NCBI GenBank assembly: GCA_964501505.1
Contig: CAZCSY010000001.1
Span: 4,962 to 68,961, forward strand
Length of the DNA: 64,000 nt
Reading direction: 5' to 3'
Origin: an uncultured Planctomycetia bacterium
GTDB lineage: Bacteria; Omnitrophota; Gorgyraeia; Velamenicoccales; Velamenicoccaceae
This document shows positions 15,641-22,996 of the stretch, piece after piece. The notes below the pieces were generated by a model. It saw only the letters and a program-made list of their open reading frames with translations, was not told the DNA's origin and searched no databases. Position 1 is the stretch's first letter. Each line of letters starts with the position of its first letter. The position numbers and the translations under genes are program-made.

Positions 15641-16405
15641 ATGGGGCCGAAGAAGAAGGAGGGGAGGCCGGGCCTTATCGAGACGATGCGTTACGAGGAC
15701 GGCGGGATCTTTCTTTTGAACGAGCACCTCAGGCGTCTGTCGTCAGGCTGCCGGGCGCTCGGCCTGCGGCCGCCGTCTCCCAGGGCGGTGCGCGGCGCCA
15801 TCGGCCTCATCGTGCGCAAGAGCCCCCTGAGCCGGTCCCGCCTGCGCGTGATCTGGTCCTGCGCGGACGGGGCGATGCGCCTGGCCGTCACGAGTTTTCC
15901 CCTCGCCGCGATCCCGGCTTCGGGGTACAAGGTCATGCTCGAGCGGCGTCCCAGGTTCAAGGTCAATCCCTTGAGCGCCTTCAAGACGACCCAGCGGAGT
16001 TTTTATGAGGCGCTCTATAGCCGCGCCCGGCACAAGGGGTTTGACGAGGCACTCTTTTTCAACACGCGCGGCGCGCTCGTCGAAGGGACACGGACAAACG
16101 TCTTTCTCGTCCTGGATGCGCGCCTGGTCACGCCGGCCCTTTCCTGCGGCTGCCTCCCCGGCGTGACGCGCAAGGCCGTCGTGGACATGGCGCGCCGCCT
16201 GAAGATTCCCGTTGAAGAGACGACGCTTTCCTCAAGGGACCTGTCCCGCTGCGAGGAGGCCTTCGTGACGAACGCCGTCATCGGGATCGCGCCGGTACAC
16301 CGGTTGGGTCCCCGAGACATGCCGGCTGCCTGCCCCGGCCCGGTGACCCGCCGGCTCCTGGCATCATACAGCAAAGCCGTTGAGGCGAAGGCCGTTAAGG
16401 TGTAA
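15641..16405 (+). CDS. pabC: aminodeoxychorismate lyase / class IV aminotransferase-fold protein
   Basis: ..FFNTRGALVEGTRTNVFLV..LPGVTRK.. lies directly downstream of pabB. Confidence 0.75.
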   Translation: MGPKKKEGRPGLIETMRYEDGGIFLLNEHLRRLSSGCRALGLRPPSPRAVRGAIGLIVRKSPLSRSRLRVIWSCADGAMRLAVTSFPLAAIPASGYKVMLERRPRFKVNPLSAFKTTQRSFYEALYSRARHKGFDEALFFNTRGALVEGTRTNVFLVLDARLVTPALSCGCLPGVTRKAVVDMARRLKIPVEETTLSSRDLSRCEEAFVTNAVIGIAPVHRLGPRDMPAACPGPVTRRLLASYSKAVEAKAVKV

Positions 16406-16423
16406 AATGCAGGACAATAACCG

Positions 16424-18826
16424 ATGAAAAAGATCGTCTTGTCCCTTATTATTATTTGGTTGGCTGGCTGTTCGTCCCGGGGGTCGCAGGAGACGCGGGC
16501 CGACCTTTTTGCCAGGGCCTCCTCGGAGCTGGCCAAGCGCGCCGTCGGATTATACGAAGAGGCGCTCAAGACCGCGACGGGCCGGCAAGACGGGGAGCGC
16601 GTCAATCTCAAGCTCGGCCGGTTCCTCTTTGAGCGCGGCCGTTTCCAGGAGGCGGCAGAGGTCCTGCGCGGGGTGGCCACAGAGGAGGCCCAGCAGCGTT
16701 TCGCCCAGTGCCTGTTTAAGAGCGGCGACGTGACCGGAGCGCTCGAGGTCTTCAACCGCCTCGGTGCAACAGGGCCGCCGGATTACCTGTACACGTACGG
16801 CCAGACGCTCGAAGAGATCAACCTCTATGACCAGGCGTTGCGCGTTTACGCCAAAATCAGGGATGATCCCCGTCTAGGGTCCGTGGTCCGGCAGCGCATG
16901 GCCGTCATCAACCTTCAGAGCGGCGGTGCGCTCTATGCGGGCGTCTCCGACGAGGTCCGCCAACTCATTGAAGAGAGTCCTTCTCAGGCGGCCTATCCGG
17001 AGGCGAGCGCCCTCATCCTTCTTGCCGAGGAGACCATTGATCTGACCGAAGGCAATCGCCTGGAGGGCACCGCGCACTCCGTCGTCAAGATCCTGAACGA
17101 CCGGGGCAAGGATGCCTTCGGCGAGGTGCGCCTCACCTATGACGCGACGTATGAAAAGCTGGACATCCTCTTTGCCCGCACGATCCGTCCCGACGGGACG
17201 GTCGTCTCCGTCGGCGACAAGAATATCCGAGACGTCTCGCTCTACCTGAACTTTCCCCTTTACAGCAATGCGCGCGTGCGCATCCTGTCGATGCCGGAGG
17301 TCGCGCCCGGGTCGGTCATCGAGTACGCGTTCCGGATGACGCGCTCGCAGCTGGCCGACAAAAAGAACTTCCATAGCTTTTACTGGCTGCAGAACAACGA
17401 GCCCATCCTTTTACAGCGCTGCGTCATCAGTATCCCGGCGGCCCGCACCCTGAGGACCAAGATCGTGAACGGCGCCTACAACACGTTCGGCTATGACCTG
17501 GCCCCGCGCGTCGAAGAAGAGGCGGGGCGCCGGAAATATTATATGGAGTTCCGCAACGTACCGCAGATCATCCCCGAGGAGGACATGCCGCCGCCTCCGT
17601 CGGTGAATCCGTATATCCTCTTTTCCACATATTCCGATTGGGAGGAGATCTATCAGTGGTGGCGGGGGCTCTACCGCGACAAACTGGCGGCGGACGCGGC
17701 CATCAAAGAGAAGGTGACCGTCCTCATCAAAGACAAGAAGACGCCGCGAGAGAAGATTCGGGCGATCTACAACTTCTGCGCCGAAGAGATCCGTTACGTG
17801 GCCGTGGCCTACGGCGATGCGGGATACGAACCTCACCAGGCGGCGGAGATCTTTGCCAACAAGTACGGCGACTGCAAGGATCAGGCGATCCTTCTCATCG
17901 CGATGCTCCAGGAGGCCGGGATCGAGGCCTATCCCGTCCTCATCAGCACCTGGGACAGCATCACGACGCAGACGGACATGCCGGCCCTTTTGTTCAATCA
18001 CGCCATCGCGGCGCTGCCGCTGGACGGCACGCTCGTCTTCATGGATCCGACGGACTCCGTCGTTTCTTTCGGCGACCTGCCCGTTATGGATCAAGGTCGC
18101 TCGACGCTGGTCTTTTACCCCGACAGGTATCAATTTGTCACGACCCCTCTCTTCGAGCCCGCCTTCAACAGCGCCGAATCCAGGATGGTCATCCGGGTGC
18201 ATGCGGATGAGTCGATCGACGCCGAGCGCTCGGTTGCAACGAAGGGCAGTTATCGCCAGGCCCAGCGGCACTGGCTGAAATACACCATGCCGATCCTCAT
18301 CGAAGAGGGGATCAAGCAGAGGGTGCGGGGATTCGCCGACCAGGCGGAGCTCAAGGAGTACACGATATCGGGCGTCGAGGACCTGAATGCGCCGGTAACC
18401 CTCTCTTATACCTTCTTCGCGCCGAGGTTCTTTGTCGAGGCCGGCCCCATCCGCATCCTGAACACGTTCGACCACTGGGATACCTCCGGCGTCTCCAAGG
18501 CAACGCGGCGCTATCCGATCGCGCGGCCGGGGCTTGAAGAGCATGTCGACCGGATAGAGGTTGCATTGCCCGATCATCTTGCGGTAAAATATGTGCCACC
18601 GGATACGGACGTCACGACGCCGTGGTTTTATTTTTCTCAGCGCTATGAGACGCAGGGGCACGGGCTGTGCGTTACCAGCGTGCACCGCGTCAAGGTCCGC
18701 GAGATCCCGGTCGCGGACTACCCCGCTTATAAAGAGAAGATAGAAGCGATCGCCTCGACCGTCAATCAGCACGTTATCCTGGAAGAGATCGGGAGGGCCG
18801 ATGCCCGTCAAGAAAAGAAACCGTGA
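16424..18826 (+). CDS. lipoprotein with TPR, DUF3857-like and transglutaminase-like core domains
   Basis: Lipobox LAGCSS. Transglutaminase core YGDCKDQAILLIAMLQEAGIEAYPVLI. Confidence 0.8.
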   Translation: MKKIVLSLIIIWLAGCSSRGSQETRADLFARASSELAKRAVGLYEEALKTATGRQDGERVNLKLGRFLFERGRFQEAAEVLRGVATEEAQQRFAQCLFKSGDVTGALEVFNRLGATGPPDYLYTYGQTLEEINLYDQALRVYAKIRDDPRLGSVVRQRMAVINLQSGGALYAGVSDEVRQLIEESPSQAAYPEASALILLAEETIDLTEGNRLEGTAHSVVKILNDRGKDAFGEVRLTYDATYEKLDILFARTIRPDGTVVSVGDKNIRDVSLYLNFPLYSNARVRILSMPEVAPGSVIEYAFRMTRSQLADKKNFHSFYWLQNNEPILLQRCVISIPAARTLRTKIVNGAYNTFGYDLAPRVEEEAGRRKYYMEFRNVPQIIPEEDMPPPPSVNPYILFSTYSDWEEIYQWWRGLYRDKLAADAAIKEKVTVLIKDKKTPREKIRAIYNFCAEEIRYVAVAYGDAGYEPHQAAEIFANKYGDCKDQAILLIAMLQEAGIEAYPVLISTWDSITTQTDMPALLFNHAIAALPLDGTLVFMDPTDSVVSFGDLPVMDQGRSTLVFYPDRYQFVTTPLFEPAFNSAESRMVIRVHADESIDAERSVATKGSYRQAQRHWLKYTMPILIEEGIKQRVRGFADQAELKEYTISGVEDLNAPVTLSYTFFAPRFFVEAGPIRILNTFDHWDTSGVSKATRRYPIARPGLEEHVDRIEVALPDHLAVKYVPPDTDVTTPWFYFSQRYETQGHGLCVTSVHRVKVREIPVADYPAYKEKIEAIASTVNQHVILEEIGRADARQEKKP

Positions 18827-19214
18827 GGACCTGGACTTTCAGATGGTTTTCTACGAGGCGCTCCTGCGGCGCCGTCCGCGGTATATCGACGCGCTGATCG
18901 CGCTCGGCGAGATCTACACGCGCAAGGAGTTTTACGAAAAGGGCCTCGAGGTGGACCGTCGGCTCTCCGCGTTGCAGCCGGACAATCCGATCGTCCATTA
19001 CAATCTGGCCTGCAGCCTGTCTCTTTTGGGCGATGTCACGAATTCCCTCGAGGCCATCGAGAGGGCCGTGCATCTGGGGTATGATGATTTTCAGTACATG
19101 AGTCGTGACCCGGATTTGAGCAATTTGAGGCGCGATGAGCGCTTCGGACAGCTTGTCCGTCAGCTGCGTCAGCGAACCGCCCGGGTGAGTCATGTCCGAA
19201 AGAGAAAGAGATAA
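18801..19214 (+). CDS. TPR-like protein
   Basis: ..IDALIALGEIYTRKEFYEKGLEV..NPIVHYNLACSLSLLGD... The start is uncertain. Confidence 0.55.
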   Translation: MPVKKRNREDLDFQMVFYEALLRRRPRYIDALIALGEIYTRKEFYEKGLEVDRRLSALQPDNPIVHYNLACSLSLLGDVTNSLEAIERAVHLGYDDFQYMSRDPDLSNLRRDERFGQLVRQLRQRTARVSHVRKRKR

Positions 19215-20334
19215 CTTGACGTCCGAGTCGGCACAGCGGTACCAGGCGATGAAGAATCGCCTGTTTCTTTTTTACCTCCTCCTGCAGGCGGGGACGCTCC
19301 TCCTTTTTTTGGCCACCGGCTGGTCGCGCGGCCTGAAGCGGGTTCTCCTTTGTGTGCGCGACGACTTCTTCTTCATCAACGCCCTGTATTTTGCGGCCTT
19401 CAGCCTCATCCTCTGGTGCGTTTGTCTGCCCCTGGATTATTTTGAGGGCTACGTCTGGGAGCACCGGTTCAGATTAAGCCGCGCCTCCTTCAGGGCGTGG
19501 CTGGCGGATGTCCTCAAAAAGTCCCTGTTCGCCTTTTTCGTGGCGCTCTTCCTGGTCGAGGGCATCTATTATTTCCTGTCGGCCTTTCCCGGGACCTGGT
19601 GGTTGGCCGCGGCGGGTCTCTGGTTTGTCGTGTCGGTCGTCATCAGCCGCCTCTTCCCGCGGCTCGTCCTGCCGCTCTTTTTTAAGGTCACGCCGCTCGC
19701 CCCCGGCCCCCTGCGCGACCGGTTGAGGCTCTTTCTCGACAATCAGGGTATGCGCCTGCAGAATATTTTCGTCCTCGATTTTTCGCGCAAGACCGTTAAG
19801 GCCAACGCCATGGTGGCCGGGTGGGGCCGCGCCAAGAAGATCTTTTTGAGCGACACGCTCGTGCGGGACTTCGCGGCCGAGGAGATCGAGTCGGTGCTGG
19901 CCCACGAGGTCGGCCACTACCGCTACCGCGATACGTGGTCGCTTCTGGTCTTTGGTCTTGGTGCGGCGCTCCTTTCCTTTTTTTGCGCGCACCGGCTCAT
20001 GACGCATTTTTCTGCGCGGCTGGGCTTTGTCGCGATAAGCGATATCGCGAACCTGCCGCTCTTGCTGCTCATCCTGCTGGGTACGGGCCTGTTTCTCCTG
20101 CCGGTCCAGAACGGATTCGCGCGTCTTCTGGAGCGCCGCGCCGATGCCTTTGCCCTGCGCGTCACGGGCCGGCCCGAGGTCTTCATTGCGATGATGCACC
20201 GTCTGGGCGAAAAGAACCTTGCCCAGTTTGCGCCGGCGCGCTGGGTTGAGATCTTTCTCTACGACCATCCACCCATCGGACAACGCATCCTCATGGCGCG
20301 CGACTTCAAGCCTCCTGTGCATTATGATATTTAA
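19192..20334 (+). CDS. M48 family (Ste24/HtpX-like) zinc metalloprotease
   Basis: Multi-TM N-terminus, HEVGHYRY (HExxH) and a downstream ERRADAFAL segment. Confidence 0.85.
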   Translation: MSERERDNLTSESAQRYQAMKNRLFLFYLLLQAGTLLLFLATGWSRGLKRVLLCVRDDFFFINALYFAAFSLILWCVCLPLDYFEGYVWEHRFRLSRASFRAWLADVLKKSLFAFFVALFLVEGIYYFLSAFPGTWWLAAAGLWFVVSVVISRLFPRLVLPLFFKVTPLAPGPLRDRLRLFLDNQGMRLQNIFVLDFSRKTVKANAMVAGWGRAKKIFLSDTLVRDFAAEEIESVLAHEVGHYRYRDTWSLLVFGLGAALLSFFCAHRLMTHFSARLGFVAISDIANLPLLLLILLGTGLFLLPVQNGFARLLERRADAFALRVTGRPEVFIAMMHRLGEKNLAQFAPARWVEIFLYDHPPIGQRILMARDFKPPVHYDI

Positions 20335-22267
20335 GACGGCCCCAAGACAGCGGGAACCGGGACACGAACGCCGGCGCTACCGGCGCCTCGATCAGATATT
20401 CCCCGTCGAGTTTCAGTTTCTGGATGAGGAAGGCCGGCCGCGCACGGGTTGGCGTCAGGGCTTCACGCAGGACGTCAGCGACGGCGGCCTGTGCCTGACG
20501 ATGCGGCTCGTGCATCCCGACGACGTGCGCCGCCTCGAGGCCGCCACCACGTCCCTGGCCCTGCAGATCCACATCCCGTACTCGGCGAATATCCGCGCCG
20601 CCGCCCGGCCGGTCTGGCTGCGCTGCGTCGAGGAGGGGCTGGTCAATACGTACGTGGCGGGCCTCGACTACCGGCAGATCGACCGTAAGGACCTGGGGCG
20701 GATGCGCCGCTATATCGGCGTGCGCCGTTTTGTCAAGGTCGTGATGATCACGTTCACCCTGATACTGACGATGGGGCTGGCCTCGCTGACCTTTTATAAC
20801 ACGCGTCTGCGCCTGGAAAACGAGAGACTCCTCGGCCGCCTCAACGCTCAACTCCTGCGTCAACAGACGCTCGCGCGCGACCGGGAGAACCTCGCGGTCA
20901 AGCTCGACGAGATGGAGTTCGACCTGGCCCAGGCCGACCGCCAGATCAACAGCCTCTCCCGGGACATCGAGATGACGAGCGCGCGCAGCAAGAAAGAGGC
21001 TGCGGTGCTGCGGGCGTCACTCGATTTTTACAAGAAGTATCAGGCCCAGTTGAACAGGGATATCGCCGGCCTGAAGGAGCAGGCCGTCGAGGTCGAGCGC
21101 CAGGTCAAGATCGCGGCCCACGAGGCCCAGGGGGTCGAGGGGCAGCTCGTCGACCGCTTTTATCAGTGGCTCATCGTGCACCGTAACCGCCGCACGGGGC
21201 TGTTGGCGAGCTTTGAAGGGGATGCCGGCATCAAAGACTGGGCCTTTACCTATGACCAGTCGCTGGCGGCGGTCGTCTTCGCCCTGAAGGGGCAGGCGGA
21301 TTATGCCCGGCAGATTTTTGATTTTTACCGCACGGCCGAGCGCATCGATGGTGGCGCCGTCATCAATGCCTATTATGCGTCAACAGGGGGGCCGGCGGAG
21401 TACATAGCCCATGCTGGCCCCAATATCTGGCTGGGCCTGGCCGTTCTCCAGTACACGCACAGGACCCGGGACACAAGTTACCTGGACCTCGCGACAGGCA
21501 TCGCCGAGGGACTGGCGACCCTCACCGACGGGGAAGGCGGCATCCGCGGCAACCGGAAGGTAACGTGGTGCAGCACGGAGCACAACCTGGATGCGTACGC
21601 CTTTTATAAGATGCTTGCCGTCCTCACCGGCCAGGCGCGCTATCGTGAACGCGCCGAACAGACGCTCGCCTGGCTTAGCAAGAACGCGTACAGCCGCCTG
21701 TCGGATCCCCTCGTCAAGCGCGGCAAGGGGGACGCGACCATCGCGACGGATACGTACGCGTGGTCCATCGCCTCCGTAGGGCCGCGCGCCTTAAAAGAGA
21801 TGGGGATGGATCCCGATCAGATCATCGAGTTTGCCCTGGCGCAGTGTTCCGTCACGACAGGCTTTAAGAAGAGCGACGGCACGAGCGTGCGCGTCAAGGG
21901 GTTTGATTTTGCCAAGGAGCAGCACCTGCCGCGCGGCGGCATCATCTCCTGCGAGTGGACGGGCCAGATGATCATGGCCTTCAAGATCATGGCCGCCTAC
22001 CACGAAGAGGCGGGCGCGTCCGAGAGGGCCCGGCACTACAGGAATCTTGCGCGCGACGGGATATCGGAACTTACGAAGATGGTCGTCACCAGCCCCTCGC
22101 CGGTGGGGCAGGGTGATTTTTGCCTGCCCTACGCCTCGCATGAGCTTGCCGATACGGGGCACGGCTGGTACACGCCGCGCGGCCATGCGACCGGTTCGGT
22201 GGCCGCGACCGCCTATGCCATCTTGGCGATCGAGGGCTTCAATCCACTGTCCCTGGACACAGAGTGA
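20324..22267 (+). CDS. PilZ-domain protein with TM helix, coiled coil and alpha/alpha-barrel-like C-terminal domain
   Basis: RRRYRRL..DVSDGGLCL (PilZ RxxxR / DxSxGG). TM segment VVMITFTLILTMGLASL. A long heptad-like region. ATG at 20324 precedes the upstream stop. Confidence 0.75.
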   Translation: MIFKTAPRQREPGHERRRYRRLDQIFPVEFQFLDEEGRPRTGWRQGFTQDVSDGGLCLTMRLVHPDDVRRLEAATTSLALQIHIPYSANIRAAARPVWLRCVEEGLVNTYVAGLDYRQIDRKDLGRMRRYIGVRRFVKVVMITFTLILTMGLASLTFYNTRLRLENERLLGRLNAQLLRQQTLARDRENLAVKLDEMEFDLAQADRQINSLSRDIEMTSARSKKEAAVLRASLDFYKKYQAQLNRDIAGLKEQAVEVERQVKIAAHEAQGVEGQLVDRFYQWLIVHRNRRTGLLASFEGDAGIKDWAFTYDQSLAAVVFALKGQADYARQIFDFYRTAERIDGGAVINAYYASTGGPAEYIAHAGPNIWLGLAVLQYTHRTRDTSYLDLATGIAEGLATLTDGEGGIRGNRKVTWCSTEHNLDAYAFYKMLAVLTGQARYRERAEQTLAWLSKNAYSRLSDPLVKRGKGDATIATDTYAWSIASVGPRALKEMGMDPDQIIEFALAQCSVTTGFKKSDGTSVRVKGFDFAKEQHLPRGGIISCEWTGQMIMAFKIMAAYHEEAGASERARHYRNLARDGISELTKMVVTSPSPVGQGDFCLPYASHELADTGHGWYTPRGHATGSVAATAYAILAIEGFNPLSLDTE

Positions 22268-22273
22268 GGTGCC

Positions 22274-22957
22274 GTGCAATCGAGGCTCGTGAAGATCTAC
22301 AAGCAACTGCTGGGCGTCTTCGGGCCGCAGGGATGGTGGCCTGGCCGCACGCCTCTTGAGATCAGCGTCGGCGCGATCCTTACGCAGAACACGAACTGGA
22401 GCAACGTCGCCCGGGCGATGCACGCGTTGCGGCAGGCCGGCTGTCTGTCGTTTGCGGCGCTCAAGGCCGTCCCGGAGAGGAAGCTGGCCCGTCTGATCCG
22501 GCCAGCGGGGTATTTCAATATGAAGGCGCGGCGCCTGAAGCATTTTATCCGGTATCTCGACCGTCGCTACGGCGGGAACTTCAGCCGGATGCGCCGCCGG
22601 TCCCTGAAGGCCCTGAGGCAGGAGCTCCTGGCGGTCAACGGGATCGGGCCGGAGACCGCGGATTCGATCCTCCTGTACGCCCTGAAAAAGCCCGTTTTTG
22701 TCGTTGATGCCTACACGAAGCGCATCCTGAGCCGCCACGGCATCGTCAAGGAAGATGCCGACTATGCCCGGCTCCAGAGCGTCTTCTTGGAGAATCTGCC
22801 CGCAAAAGAACCGTTGTTCAATGAGTACCACGCCCTGATCGTACGTCTGGGCAAGGACTTTTGCAAGAAGACGGGGCCCCGCTGCGGGGTCTGCCCCTTA
22901 AAAAATGAGACTCAAAGACCAGGTCTTTTAGTCTCAATCTTCCCGCAAAAAAAATGA
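22274..22957 (+). CDS. endonuclease III-related HhH-GPD protein
   Basis: ..LAVNGIGPETADSILLYAL..VDAYTKRI.. and an Fe-S loop CKKTGPRCGVCPL. The last ~15 codons run through a palindromic element. Confidence 0.8.
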   Translation: MQSRLVKIYKQLLGVFGPQGWWPGRTPLEISVGAILTQNTNWSNVARAMHALRQAGCLSFAALKAVPERKLARLIRPAGYFNMKARRLKHFIRYLDRRYGGNFSRMRRRSLKALRQELLAVNGIGPETADSILLYALKKPVFVVDAYTKRILSRHGIVKEDADYARLQSVFLENLPAKEPLFNEYHALIVRLGKDFCKKTGPRCGVCPLKNETQRPGLLVSIFPQKK

Positions 22958-22984
22958 CACAAAAAGACCTGGTCTCTTTGTCTC
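22907..22984. repeat. nested inverted repeat (GAGAC..AAAGACCAGGTCTTTT / AAAAAGACCTGGTCT..GTCTC)
   Basis: 22907-22929 and 22961-22984 are largely complementary (5+12 matched positions). Each arm contains its own AAGACC-n-GGTCTT palindrome. Confidence 0.6.
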
Positions 22985-22996
22985 ACTTTCAGGCCC

